A DNA stretch of 64,000 nucleotides from Eledone cirrhosa (GCA_964016885.1 OZ024741.1:363320001-363384000); one strand, 5' to 3'. Shown: positions 37,976-52,218, numbered from the stretch's first letter. Notes: generated by a model not told the origin, from the letters alone. A program made the numbers and translations.

Positions 37976-38216
37976 TCGATTGTGTTGCTATTGGGGTCAT
38001 TCAAACGGCAACCATCGTAATGTTTATCGCTATGTTGACATAAGTCACTGTCCGGATTTCGATCCTTGTGTGTTTAATATTACTTCTTCTGGTTTTAGTT
38101 ATTAGATTGTTACCATACTGAAGCACCGCCTTAAATTGACTTTTGTCGATCCCAGTACTTATTTCATCAATCTATTTTTGTTGAACCGCTAGGTCATTGG
38201 GCGTAAACACAAAAAT

Positions 38217-40857
38217 CTTCTTCTTCTTCGTCTTCGTCTTCTTCTTCTTCTTCTTCTTCTAACCTCATGCCCATAATATCGGAGCTGTGATCTGTCAATT
38301 CTGAGATGTAGCAGCTCTATCTGAAGCGACTCTCTGATCTCCAAGCTACACAATCTATTGATTAATGTTACTCTAAAGGCCCTTTGAAGGAACTCTGTTT
38401 TGGTCGTTTGTATTTGGGTCCGTATTCTTTCGGTTATTACCAAAGATTCATTACCATAGGTAAAAGTTGACATGAATACTGAATTGAAGATAGTGAGTTT
38501 GACTTTTACACTTACCTCTCTTCTAATTACCGAATGTTGAAGCTGACACATTACTGCAATTCTTGCACTTAATTCAGCCTCCTGCCTCACATCATTTGTG
38601 AACCCCGAGATATTTGAACTTCTCCATCTGCTTCAGTGGAACTCCACTCAAATGTAGAGTGCACTGCACAGGCTTCCTTGAGAGGATAAGTGTCTCAGTC
38701 TTCGCAACACTGATTTTCATTCCAGTTGTGCAACACTTGGCATCAAACCTATCAAGTGCAAGTCAGATGAGTTAAGTAATACTTAAGCAGTAGTTTTGGT
38801 GAGTTTGTTGTTTTCTGGTTGATTGGGTCTTTTGTAGTAATGGTAGTGATGAAATGTAAAGTTGATGAGTGAGTAAGTGAAGTTGCTCTCAGTGAAGCTA
38901 TGCCATATTCACGGAAACAAAATTGTACTCACTTGTAGTGTGAAGTGATATTACCACAGGGAAGATGATTTTCCCATATCACATGGATAAGCATTAACAA
39001 ATGAACAAGACACTGCTAATTTTAATGTTTTTATTTGTATCATGATTTACTTTGAAATCATGTGCAGCATTGAACAACAGAAAAAGAAAATATATATAGT
39101 TGTAGTGTGTCATGTGTGCAAAAGTAGTAATATTTAACTGAGTTGTGCTGGTAAAATTGAAATGCAGATGAAACAAGCAATCTCTCTGTTGCCGAGTCAG
39201 GAAGCAGACTGTCTTCTGCAGAGTCAAAAAGCAAACTGATTTTCCAAAGGGAAATTAATCTATTGTTTTCCCTGCATACAACTGGCGCCATTAGTCCTTC
39301 CATCAGAGAACATTATCTAAGTTATGGGGCTCTGAGGTCGTAGGTCAGTATTAATGTGGTTGAGTGTGGTAAACTAAGAACTATCATGTACAATTCCATG
39401 TTGTCTGCAAATTCCAGCTGACTGATCCTACACCTGCCAGTCGTGATACCACTTTCAACATAGCTGATCATTTCAATCTTGTTCATGAAGATTATGAACT
39501 GGAGAGGTGACAGTACACACCCATGGCAGAGTCCGATTCTCACATTGAATGGCTTCGATTTAGCACCATTTTTCCAAACACTAATACTAAGGCATTCATG
39601 TAGAAACATCATGGCACAACAAGAAGCTGTTCACCAATCCCATACTCCTGCAAAACCTTCCACAGCAGGTCCTGTGGAACGCGATCGTATGTCTTTTCAA
39701 GGTCTACAAAGCAAGCATACACCCCTTGGTAGTACTCCAACGATTTCTCAAAGATCTGCGGCAGTGTAAATATTTGGTTGGCTGTGCTGCATCCGGGGTG
39801 AAAACCACACTGTTTAACAGCTAGCTTGGACTCGACAATCTCCCTACACCTTTTGCCAGACACTTAGCATAGACTTTACTAGGGAAGCTTAACAAGGAGA
39901 TCCCTCTATAATTGGAGCAATATCTTTTGTCTACCTTTTTGAAAATTGGGATTATCACTCCTGATTGGTTTGGTGCCTTTCCAGAAATCCGGGCTACCTG
40001 ACACACATGAGTCAGCCACAGAATACTTTCTCTATATAAGGCTTTTAACATCTTGGGCTGAATTTCATCCTCCCAAGCAGCCTTGCTACATTTGAGCTCT
40101 TTAATTATTCTTGTGGCCTCAGCCTCTGAGAGATAAGTCATCGCTCTCAGATGCACTTCATGTATCAGAAGATGCTATTGTGATTGGGTTTAGGAGATCA
40201 GCAAAGTATTCTCTCCACCTTGTGAGGATGCAACTCTCTGAAGAGAAGAGAACATCTGATGCGTTCTTGATAACAGGTATGGCGGAGGATTTCTTATGAA
40301 GTTGGGAATGGTCTGCTAAAATACGTTATTTGCTGATCTGAAGTCAGATTCCAGCTTAACTCAAAAGTCCTCTCATGACTGAACTTTAGATGCTTTTACT
40401 GTTTTTATTGCGGTTTGTCGCACCTGCTTGTACCACAAGTGCAAGATGGATGACTTATTTCCAAGCCATGCTTTGTCAACTTCCTTCTTTGCTTGGATGG
40501 CATCTTTGACCTCTTGATTGAATCACACCAAGCCACTTTTGTCTTCAACATTTATCAGCTGAAGCAGAAACTGCCAAGCTAAATAGACTCCACTCTGTTT
40601 CAATGTCCTCAGTTTGCTCAGGGAGTTTTCTGAATTTGGATGCAATAGTGTCTGCATACCTGGTCTTGACTTCCTTATCCACCAACGCTTCCCACTGTAA
40701 GTCAACCGGGACCTGCCAGTTTTGTGGGCTCTTTGCCTTTATGTAGTTTCAAGTAGCAGATAACTAGATAGTGATCAGTTGATAGCTCAGACTCTCTCTT
40801 AACACGAACATCAGCACAGAATTGAAGAGATCACAGACAATAACAAAATCAGTTATA
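38217..40857 (-). mobile_element. Decayed RTE-clade LINE (Rex3/Expander-like), with unrelated insert at about 38765-39370
   Basis: APE end ELSTDHYLV; RT motifs NYRGISLLS, QCGFHPG, FVDLEKTYDRVP, GCVLSPL, FADN; (AAG)n tail. Confidence 0.88.
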
Positions 40858-41867
40858 CCATCTATATTTATGGATGTCTCTGTATATGGCGTATTTATGG
40901 AGTACCTGTCTACTAAATTTTGCTCTCAAAAAGCATTAATCAATCTGAATGCAGTTGAAGTGAACCTGAAGCATGGTGACGAAGCAAACTCCTTAACCAC
41001 AGAGAAATGCATATGCCTATCCCACATATTTGATGTCAACAGAATCATGACATTAGTGTAAAGAGAAGAAAATTGCAGAGTTGAAGAAAATCCGGTACAG
41101 ACTGCCTGTTTGCAGAAGTGCAGTGGAGAATAACTAAATGCCAGGCTTTGACTGACAGTTTTTTCTTTTTTGTGTTTTTGTGTCAGTTGCCATCTCGACC
41201 ATGATTGTCCTCAGCTCATGAACTGCCCTTTTCCTCCACCAAGGCAATGATTTCGACCTCATGTCCTCAGACCCCAACCAAGTATGTAGAGTTCCCCCTC
41301 TTCACATCTCTTTTTTTTACTCCCTTTTTCTCTCTCCTATATATACAATTGAATATGAGATTCTGAATCAATGAAATTCAATCCTCCACTAATAGAACCC
41401 ACCAACAAATTGAATTGTGCACAACCCTTCTCTATCAATAAATCATTATTTTTCAACACATCTCCCAATAGGGATATGGCAACCTAGTTATTGTTGTTAT
41501 TTAACACCAGGTCAGCCCTGCTTGAGCAGACCTATGATCAAAAAGTGTTCCATTCATGACTATACTGATTTTTTAAATATAATATTATAAACTACATTAT
41601 CTGGGATTCCTAGACTTTACAGTCTCAAATAGAAAATGTTTATACGAACAGTCCAATTCATTTTAGGTTTTGTGCATGTGCTAAAGTACTGGGTCGATAT
41701 AATCGACTTTCCCCTCCCCACAAATAGCTAGCCTTGTGAAATCTATCATACACCAAAAGCCATTTCATTAAAGATAAAGACAATATGTATATGTACATAC
41801 ATACATAAGTAAATATGTATGATTGTGCAGAGAGGATACACACCAGGCCCTCAGAGACCAATGAGAA

Positions 41868-42262
41868 TGATGTTGTTGATGTTGATGCGGTGGTGGGGTG
41901 TTGATGTGTTGTGTGGTGGTGTGTTAATGTGTTGTGTGGTGGTAGTGGTGTTGCTGTTAGTGTAGGTGGTGATAGTGTGTTGATGTGTTGTGTGCTGGTG
42001 ATGATGTGTTGATGTGTTGTGTGGTGGTGGTGTGTTGGTTTGATGGTGGTGGTGTGTTTGTGTATTATGTGATGGTGTGGTGGTGGTGGTGGTGTGTTGT
42101 GTGGTGGTGTGCTGTGTGTTGGTGTGGTGGTGGTGGTGGTGAGGTGTTAGTTCTGTTATGGATGATGGTGTGAATGTGATGTGTGTTGAGGGTGTGATAG
42201 AGGTTGTGTGGTGGTGGTGGGGGTGTTGCATTGTGTTGGTGTGGTGGTGGTGGTGGGTGGAG
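41868..42262. repeat. Compound (GTG/TGT)n low-complexity tract
   Basis: Seen directly in the sequence. Confidence 0.95.
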
Positions 42263-42269
42263 GTATGTT

Positions 42270-42950
42270 ATGTGTTTTATTATTATTTTCTAGGGCTGGA
42301 AGAAGGGGCTATGGCCATGTCTTTTGCAGGTCTTCTGAGATCAATGAGATTGATGTTCAGTTAGAAACGTTGCAAGTCGACTCCTGCATGAAAAGACGTG
42401 TAAAGAAAGAATTCTAGAGGGATGACATTCTGATGAGAAAGGACTGGATGTAGTGGCTAGTGCAGGGCCTGGGGAGTAGGACACAATATGGGTGATGAGA
42501 GATGAATGAAGTGGGACTGCCTGAATGTAGGTGTCATGAAGTCAGTCAGCTCCAAGAACTAGATGCCATTGTGGTAGCAGTGGATATGTGGGCCAAAGAC
42601 TGGAATGTGTCTGTCAGTGACTTTATGCTAATCAGACAAGTGGCAATTTTCTGGATGAGGTCTAGGATATTTGTATGTGTGGCAGCAGCAGTGTCCCAGA
42701 TATGGCAGTAGTACTCTATTGTGGGATTTACCTGAACATTGTAGGTTAGTCTTGTTGGTGGGGACACCATTTTCTTGCTCCGAAAAAAAAGGGCCAGTCT
42801 GTTACATGCAGTTCTAGTTACGTTTAAGATGTGTATTCGCTATGAGAGATAATTAGTGAGAGTGAGGCCTAGCATTTGAAGTGAATGCAAAGTCTCTTCT
42901 AATTAGGTGCTGTTCATGTTTAAGTGTGGTGAAGTGTAATGATGTTTTAG
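42270..42950 (-). mobile_element. CR1/Jockey-like LINE 3' fragment
   Basis: YNVQVNPTIEYYCHIWD...LDLIQKIA matches the post-RT YKxxVRPxLEY...W...LxxIQxRA motif. Confidence 0.75.
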
Positions 42951-43536
42951 TTATATACACATACAATCAGCAAGATAAATGAATAATAACAATAAAAACG
43001 AATCACATCTTTTACTGATATTTTTTCAGTCATTTGACTGGTCTGCGGTCAGGCTGGAGCAATATCTTAATGACTTTTGGCAATCATATTGCTTTCAAGA
43101 TCTATTTCAATCTATTACATATTTTATCGATTTTTTTGCTGAACATTACAGGACAAAAGCAAGAACATGTGCACGTGCGCGCACACACACACACTGAATA
43201 TAAACGTGTTTCAAATGATATATTTATGCAGAGCTGCAATTATAATTTTCCAAGAAATTAAGGCGAGATGGATTAGCAGAGTTGTTAGAGTGCCGGACAA
43301 ATGGTTAGCAGTATTTGTTCAGGCCCTTTACTATCTGAGTTCAAATTTCACAGAGGTCGATAAAATAAAATACCAGACAAGTAAGTATAATTGGCTTTCT
43401 CCTCCCAACAAACTTTTGACTTTATGCTTAAATTAGAAATCTTTATTTTCCTATAAATTGTCCATCAACGGAATCATTCTTTCCTGAGCAACATCAAGTC
43501 CTACTACTACTAGTATATACATACATATATGTATAT

Positions 43537-43569
<33 letters not shown>

Positions 43570-43829
43570 AGTTGAAAAATTGTCAATTTTCTTCCTTCCT
43601 TCTTTCGATGTTTATTTATATATATATATAGATATATGTACTATTGTCTGTTTGTATATATAGCTGTTAATATATATATGTGTGTTGTATATATTCATAA
43701 CGGGAAAAATTGGTCATATAGGGTAGGAAATCGTCAAATAGCAGAGGCTAGGAAATCGTCATTTTCATCCCACCCTATATCTAACACCTTTCGGTATGCA
43801 TGCCTGACGGTGTATGCTAAACACCCGTG

Positions 43830-46800
43830 CGCATAGCATGTTAAATCAAGTTCTGCTCAGCGCAGACACGAGGCGGATGGAGGCTCCGTAAGTCATAGTG
43901 TAGGCAACCCATCTAGGAGAGCTACCACTCCGAATAAATTGGTGCAGGGTAGAGAAGTCCCCTAAGTCCAGTAAGACAACTTCCCTAGTGCTGGTGGCAC
44001 GAATAAAAGCACCTAGTCCATGCTGTAAAATGGAGGGGTAGAGAGGGCCCATGAGTACAGTAAGACAACCTCTTGGCACGAATAAAAGCACCCAGTCCAT
44101 GCTGTAAAGTGGTGCTGGTGTTAGGAAGGGCATCCAACCAGTATATATATATTACTGTCAAAAACTATGAGCACAACAAATGAGAATTGCAACAACTGCG
44201 TAAACAGCAATAACACTAACCATGTTAGGGCTGCGCACGGTAGTGGGGTGGCTGGTGCGGCCATGTGCGAGAACCCCCTGACCGTCTTCAAGCAATCGCA
44301 CTACAGGAAAAGGAACAAGAATATGAAGACATCGTATCTCAGAGTTGCCACACTTAATGTTGACACTCTCACAGGTAGATCTGGTGAAATAGCGGAGATG
44401 TTGGAGAGAAGGCATGTGGATGTGTGGTGCGTGCAAGAGGTGAGATGGAAAGGTACCTCTGGAAGACTAATTGCAGGTAAACATCTTAGTTATAAGCTTT
44501 TCTGGGCGGGTAAGGATGATGGGTTAGGTGGGGTAGGCATTTAACCGGCTGAGAGATGGATCGATAAGGCAATAGAGGTAGTTAGAGTTAGTAATAGAAT
44601 AATTAAGCTTAGATTAGTTGTAGGCAGGAGACTACTGACAATCATCTCTGCCTATGCTCCTCAAGCAGGCCTAGGCAAAGAAGAGAAAGACTGCTTTTAC
44701 GAGCAACTTTTAGAAACAGCCACAATGCCAGAGGACGGAGACATCGTTATGCTAGCAGGGGACTTCAATGGTCATGGGCAGCTCCAGAATGGATACACTG
44801 GGGTACATGGTGGGCACGGTTATGGCTCAAGAAATGAAGGAGTGAGGCTTCTTTAATTTTGTGATGCAAGTGCACTAACCATTTGCAACACTAATTTCAA
44901 GAAACCTACCAACCACCTAATAACCTACAAATCAGGCGAGCACATAAGCCAGATTGACTTCCTGCTAGTTAGACAGCGAGACAGACAGATGGTGTCAAAT
45001 ACTAAGGCATACCCCGGGGAAGAATGTACCCCACAGCATAGGTTAGTCGTTAGTGACATCTCAGTAGGTAAGTGACAGAATGAAACATACAGGAAGGTGT
45101 GGAAAAGAAAGGTCTGGAAGCTAAAAGGCCTTTCACTAAAATATAAATTTAGTGTATGACGAAAAAGAAGACGATTTAGAGTCGTATGATATAGATGATA
45201 ACTGGAATTTCTTACATGACAACTTACTGTAGGCTACTGAAGAAACTTGTGGCTGGAGCAGAGCTCGAACTAGACAGAGAGTGACCTGGTGGTGGAATAG
45301 CACAGTAGATAGGGCCATTTGAGACAAAATAATAGCATGGCATGCTTGGAAAAATGGTGGGAGTAGAGAAGGATACACAGCCGCTAAGAGAGAAGCTAGA
45401 CGTCGGGTGTACATAGCACACAGCGAGGCCGAGAGTAAGAGGTTTGCCAATGTTCTGTGGCGGGAAGATCAGAGACGTGCGGTGTTCCGCATTGCAAGGC
45501 AGTGTGTTAGTGCAAATCAGGATGTTGTTGGAGATAAGTGTGTCTGGAATGATGCTGGTGTACTTAGTGTCATGAATGATCAGAAAAAGGAAGCCTGGAA
45601 ATGTTATTATGAGAGACTGATGTATGTGGAGAACGAATGGGAGAGAGAGAAATTACCCCCAGTAGATCTGACAGAGGGACCAGCTATTGAGATTGACGAA
45701 TACAGGGTCCAAGAGGCAATTAAAGAAATGAAAAATGGTAAGGCCGATGGACCGCATCATCAATCAAGTTATATATGGCGGTGTCATACCCAAAGACTGG
45801 TGCAGCAGTTTTCTCATAAATTGCTACAAAGGTAAAGAGGATGCTCTGGAGAGTAGCAATTATAGGGGCATAAAGCTGATGGATCAGGTTATGAAAGTGG
45901 CAGAGAGAATATTAGTGCAACTGATTAGAGAAAGGGTCAAATTAGATGAGATGCAGTTTAGTTTTGTGCCTGGGATAAGTACAACAGATGCCCTCTTCTT
46001 AATGAGACAACTACAAGAGAGGTTCTTAGAGAAGAATAAGCCACTATACTTAGCCTTTCTTGACCTAGAGAAGGCCTTTGATAGGGTACCCCGATCTGTC
46101 ATCTGGTGGTCCCTAAGGAAACTAGGTGTTGGGGAATGGCTTGTGAGGACAGTGCAGGCTATGTACAGAGGTGCTGTCAGTAAAGTGAGAGTAGGAATGG
46201 AGTTTAGTGAGGAATTCCAGATACAAGTAGGAGTACGTCAGAGTTTAGTTCTCAGCCCGCTCTTGTGCATTATAGTCCTCTAAGCCATAACAGAGGAGTT
46301 TAAAACTGGCTGCCCATGGGAACTTCTCTATGCTAATGATCTGGTACTTATAACAGAATGAGTAGAGGAGCTAGAGAATAAATTCTGGCTATGGAAACAG
46401 CAGTTGGAATCAAGAGGACTGAGAGTGAACATAGCTAAGACAAAAGTGTTGATAAGTAGAAAAGAGGACAAAACTCTGATTCCGTGAGGGAAATGGCCTT
46501 GTTCGATATGTAGAAAAGAACTGGTATAAATTCTATAAAATGTACACAATGCAGATCTTGGGTAGACAAGAGATGTAGTGGGATAGCAGGCAAACTAACA
46601 GGTAGGGAAAACTACATATGCAGTAGATGTGCAGGGAACATTGACAGTAGCAATCGCAGTGATAGACACATTTTTCAAATGCAGGTGGGTTCTATAGAAG
46701 TGGTTGATAGCTTCTGGTACCTAGGTGATCAGATTAGCATGGGATGAGGGTGTTCCGAGGTCATAGTATCTAGAATAAGGATGGGTTGAAAGAAGTTTAG

Positions 46801-47311
46801 GGAGCTGCTTCCTCTGCTGATGAAGAAGGGTTTCTCCCTGCATACGAAAGGCCGGTTAATGATGCCTGTGTGAGGTGTGCGATGCTGCATGGTAGAGAGA
46901 TATGGGCAGCAACTGCTGAGGATATGCGACGGCTGGAGAGAAATGAGGCAATCATGATCCATTGGATGTGCATGAACGACCGAGCATGGATGTGTTGAGA
47001 GAGAAACTGTGTTTAAGAGGGATAAGTTGTAGTGTGCGGGATAGGAGACTGCGGTGGTATGGACATGTGATGCGCATGGAGGATGACTGCTGGGTAAAGA
47101 AGTGCCAAGAAATGCCAGTTGAAGGAAGATGCAGTGGAGGAAAACCACAGAAAACATGGGCGGAGGTGGTGAGAGCAGACCTCAGATTGCTGAAGCTCAC
47201 GGTGGAGATGACGAAGGACCGTGACAAGTGGAGAGATGTTGTGCTGAATAGGACCCATCCCACCCTTGCAAACCAGGAAAAGCAGATGTAAAATGATGAT
47301 GATGATGATGA
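43830..47311 (+). mobile_element. Near full-length but disrupted RTE LINE (5' UTR, APE, RT, PHD-like insert, (GAT)n tail)
   Basis: LRVATLNVDTLTGRSGE...CVQEVRWKG, AYAPQ, GDFNGH, IDFLL; RT FLDLEKAFDRVPR, LYANDL; multiple stops and frameshifts; 5' boundary approximate. Confidence 0.93.
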
Positions 47312-48505
47312 CAATACAATATTGAGATGAAAAAAACGCAGGAGAATGTGTTTTCATTTACAGGGGGTATAAGACCACTAGTGTGAAAAACATATAAGCT
47401 ACGGCGCGCTAGTGGTCTTATACCCTCTGTAAATGAAAACACATTCTCCTGTTTTTCCTTTCTATATTGTATTTTGAAGTGCCCAGGTTTTTTTTCCTTT
47501 GAGCTCATTGAATTACAGGGATAAATGCGAGTCCTTTACTCTGTAGCGCTCTCTAGACAAGGGAAAGGGCTAGAGTTAATTCCCGTCGAAAGTCTAGAAC
47601 CCTCTTTGTAACTTCCAGAAAGAGGATATAAATAGCGGCAACACAATCAAGCTCTCTCTCTTTTGGCGCTTTCTTTTCGGATTGACAACACAGGATATGA
47701 GCATTTTATCTTCTCTCTAGTCACACACTATGGACCTGGAATACTTATGCAGAAGAATATTTACTAACCACAACTGTAACATGAAGCACCAATAAAATTA
47801 TTTAAATTTGATACTCGTTTTGAGATACTGCCTTCGTTTTTATCATTACCTTTGTGTTGAGAAATTAACTCTCACTCGACATGGTGTTAAGTGAATCTCT
47901 TATCTTTCCTTAAAAAACTTAGTAGTTAGATTCCGGTGGTATTTACTCGAGTGAATAACTCCGGGTCTAGCAGCACACTAAAACTCCATTGTTTTACTTG
48001 ATATTTAGCACCTAACATTTCTATTTGTTGAGCACTATAAATTGAATGGTTATAAGCTGCCATTTCTAGCAGCTTCGTATTCTATTCATACCACTAGTCA
48101 CTGCCTCATGCATGCATTCTCTTTCCATTTACACGTGCTACAGGTCAGTTATTTTAGGTCTCCTTAGTAGTGAGGGACATATCGGTTTAACACATGCTGA
48201 CCATCCATAAGGCTGAATTGGTCCCTTCACTAATTTATGGTGAAACATTCTCCTAGTGAGTCTGTACATGTGTGATTTAGTTATAAGGTTGCTTATTTCA
48301 TTTTAATTTATCATTTTAATTATAATGTATTTCCCAAACCTTTTGGAGCTTATAAGTTCTTCACGCTAGTGGTCCTATTCCCCCTGTAAATGAAAACACA
48401 TTCTCCTGTGTTTTTTTCTCTCTATATTGTATTGTGAAGTAACCAGGAATTTTTTCCTTTGAGCTCATTAAATTGCAGGGATAAACGTGAGTCATTTACT
48501 CCGTT
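47312..48505. repeat. One repeat unit present as an inverted copy plus two direct copies
   Basis: 47314-47372 is the reverse complement of 47409-47473, which recurs directly at 48366-48505. Confidence 0.75.
47542..48142 (+). mobile_element. Possible solo LTR
   Basis: TGTAGCGC...GTGCTACA termini, TATAAATA near 47627, AATAAA at 47791; no target site duplication found. Confidence 0.35.
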
Positions 48506-48796
48506 ACTTTACTTGATATATATATATATATGTACACACACAGAGCTTCCGTTACAGTTTTGGGGTGGGTGGGGGTAGGTATATATACTGTACATGTGTA
48601 TTATTATTATTATTAGCTCATGTTTTTTTATCACCAATATCAGACTAAGAAGGAAATTATAGAGATGATAATACTAACATATTTATAGTGAATAGAAAAT
48701 CAGTGTAGTAAAAAGTAAAGCACAAGTATATTGAAACAAACTATTGGAGGGGCTTAAGCCTCATAAGCCCCTTAATGCTGGAAGGCTTGATATATA

Positions 48797-49028
48797 TATA
48801 AGATTAACATTCAGAAAAATATTGATGTTACATAAATCATTTATTCATAATAATTATTTCAACGGTTCCCTTATGCAATCCATGATGTAATTTATGCATT
48901 TGTTATTACGGTATACCAACAACACATGCATACATTACATCATGGATTGCATAAGGGAACCGTTGAAATAATTATTATTAATAAACGATTTATGTAACAT
49001 TAGCATTTTTCTTAATGTTATTCTTATA
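48797..49028. repeat. About 230 bp near-perfect palindrome / foldback
   Basis: Arms of about 110 bp centred on GGTATACC (48910-48917). Confidence 0.9.
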
Positions 49029-49113
49029 CAGAATCTCCATCATAACTACAAGCTACAAAATGTAGAGAGCTTTCTCCTGCTTACCCCTGTTTTTACCAAA
49101 ACAATTTCTACGG

Positions 49114-49114
<1 letters not shown>

Positions 49115-49204
<90 letters not shown>
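49115..49204. repeat. (CA)n(TA)n microsatellite
   Basis: Seen directly in the sequence. Confidence 0.95.
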
Positions 49205-49207
<3 letters not shown>

Positions 49208-49575
49208 TGTATGTATTTAGTAGTTTAGTTAGTATATATATATAGTTGTTATATAGTAAGGTGTATTATTGGTTGTGTAAAACGGTCCAATAAATTTATG
49301 TTAGCAATATTAAGTTCTCCACGTTTTTGTATATCTCCAATTCCATTCAAGGGAACAGCTAGATGATGTAAAACGGAGTATAAGTATCAAAATGAAAATC
49401 TGAAGGCAAGGTAAAATTCCAGTCATTTTAATCACAACACATGTTTCAATAAGAGATAGATCGATTGTTAAGCCATGATCAATTATCACTGATCTCATCA
49501 GGTGAAAATGAATTGTCTTCAAATTCTTGATATGAGGGAGAAAATTAGCAATGGGGAATTAGACATGGCAGCTCT

Positions 49576-50112
49576 ATGGAGGAATGGACTCATACACGTG
49601 AGGCGAGTCGGGTCTCCCCAACCTCAGGGAACTTACCCATAGAGCAGACAGGAATTGCGACCCGACCCCAAAGGTACCGTGGTTCATCTGGAACTACTCA
49701 GGTCGATAACAAAAAATGTAATTGCAGGAGCACCGCCACCTGCCCCATGGCTGGGAAATGCCCCACCAAAAACATAGTCTACGACTGTAAGGTCTCCACT
49801 CCTGATATAACCTTCAGGTATGTTGGGGCAACTGCCACTGAATTTAATAGATTAGATAAAAAAAAAAATAGCACAGCGCTTTCTGAATTAGTCTGGAAGC
49901 TTAAACATCAGAATATAGAGCACTCCTTATCCTGGTCCATAATTTGCTCAGCCCAACCTTATAACGGCAGCACTGGCGTTTGCAATTTATGTGTAGCTGA
50001 AACCTTTAATATTATTAGAGGCGGCCCCCTATTAATTAATAGGAGAGCAGATTTTTTCAGCAATTGCCAACATAGAACCTCGAAAACCTTCCGCAGGATT
50101 TTTGGAAAGTAA
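49576..50112 (+). mobile_element. Penelope-like element C-terminal GIY-YIG fragment (second family)
   Basis: CNCR..CPMAGKC..KNIVY...YVGAT...STALS..VWKLK...W.I....PY....CNLC..E. Confidence 0.85.
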
Positions 50113-50545
50113 CCTACCACTAACTCCCCCCCCTCTCTACTTTAGCCATAGAATTCTCCCAATAAACAGACAGTCACACACTCAGGTAGTTAGACAGCTA
50201 AAATTGTTTAATGAATGAATATTACATAATTTATCTACTAAATTTCGTGGCTGTTAATTAAATATATTTTATTATTTAGTTAAAGATTCACTTCTTTAAA
50301 ATTTTCAAATGTCAACACTTCCGGTGGCGATCGCTTAAATAAACATTAATTTTCTCCTAATGCAGTTTATATATAATATCGTCTTTTTTTAATGTGTCAT
50401 GGATTACGTTACTGATTACGTAAGACAGTGTAACACAGTCTTCGTTCAATTTCTGTGTATATTGTAAATTACGATATTATTTGATGTATCATATCTACAT
50501 GAATATATATACATGCGTATAATATCAATATACACACTACACATG

Positions 50546-50584
50546 CTAGCAGAAAACCACCCTTCGGGTGGTTTTTCTGCTAGT
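50546..50584. mobile_element. Helitron-like 3' end hairpin
   Basis: CTAGCAGAAAACCACCC-TTC-GGGTGGTTTTTCTGCTAG-T; lies next to a repeat shared with 9679-9900. Confidence 0.55.
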
Positions 50585-52218
50585 AAATTATAACAAAGGC
50601 AGTTATAAATATATTATATTTAAAATTTCATATACGGTGAAAAAACTATAGCAAAAGAGTGACTAGCGTCTCACTTGCGACGCTGTGTGTGAGTGTATGT
50701 ATATTTGCGTGATTGTGTAAATGTATGTGTGTTTGTGTGAATGTATATGAGTGTTTGAGTGAATGTATGTGTATTTGTGTGTATTTTTGTAAGTATCTCT
50801 GTGTTTGTGCGTATACATTTATATACTCATACATATAGATGTATGCATATGCACATACACACATATATACATAGGTGTCAACGTGTTGAAAAAAATCTTA
50901 ATAATAGAAAAAGCTAGTGCAAGTGTCGCAAGGCATTTCTTTCCTGATGCTCTAACGATTCAGCTTATAGACCAATTCCTTACTTAAGACATTTTTTGAA
51001 GGGGTTAGTCGACTCCAATACTTGACTGATATTATACTTTATCGATCCAAGAAGGACAAAAAAATAAATGCTAATCTTAGTGCCATTTGATCCCTGTAGT
51101 TTAAGAATTGAAACAAGCCTCTTATCCACTCCTTATAACAAAATGAGTAAATTTATAAAGTCCAAGGGAAAGAACTCTGTAATTACTAAAAAAAAAACAG
51201 AATTTAAACGTTATGTAGATTATTTCCCTTCTCTTTGTAATTAAATAAAGAAATATTGAAGTAAATATTTAGAATTCACAATTTTATTTTGCTACACGTA
51301 AATGCATTCAAGGTGAAATTACTTTAAAATTATATTGGGATAATAGGAAAGTAATTCGAGTAAATTTGACGTCTAAAATTTTAATAGTTATATATAATCA
51401 AATTGACTGTGAATTGTACGTGCAAGTGGCTGAGCATTCTACAGACACGCGCGTCCTTAATTTAATTCCCAGGGAAATTCCAGGTGACAAAATGTGTAAT
51501 AAGACGGGCCTTTGAATCACAAGTACAAATCATTTTTCCATCTGAGTGGACTGGAGCAACATGAATTAAAGAAAGACTGTAGAATTTAATGAAGTAAGAA
51601 TATACACATGATTGTCTATATAATATTGCATCATGAATTGTCTTCCATACACGAATCTTTTCTTTCTTTCACCGGAGGTAATGCTGCGAGCGTGCTGGCT
51701 TGCCTAAAAAATTATTAGAGGTTTGTTTGCCAGTGTTCCTCGCGATATTGTTATCTTTTGCTCTGATAGCGATTCGTTTGTCCACCCCTTTCGCCTGCCT
51801 TTTGTTGTATGTAGTCCTAGATGTATGTATTACATGCTTGTGTGTTTTTTTCTTTCTTTCCCTTTTCTTTCTCTTTTTAAATTATTTGCAATGTTATTTA
51901 TACAACTCTTCAATAAATAAAATATACTTCTAAAAAGAAAAATAGTGAAAATAGTGGGAGATGACCAGCATACTCAATCACACGCTGCAATAGGAAGCGC
52001 TGAAGTTACCCGCTGATAATTTTTGAAGCTAGTCAAAAAAACTCGTAGCATTGTCGCGGATGATAGCGAGTCTAATGCGCTGGAATAACCAATCACTTGA
52101 TATGTATTTTACACGTCGGCAAAGTAAGCCGCCAACAATGACAAGAAGCTGTCAACGACCCCGCTCCCCCAAACGTCTCGAACACCACTGGCTACCCCCC
52201 CCCCCCCCAAAAAAAAAC

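Noticed and set aside
38189-38590. ORF ending in poly-Arg
   Set aside because: LINE C-terminus running into its (AAG)n tail.
41851-42231. His/Thr-rich 126 aa ORF
   Set aside because: Translation of a GTG/TGT microsatellite.
47550-47597. Second hammerhead candidate (CTAGAC...GAAAGTCTAG)
   Set aside because: Lacks the CUGANGA core.
50546-50583. Looks like a bacterial rho-independent terminator
   Set aside because: Eukaryotic context; the CTAG-T ending fits a Helitron end better.
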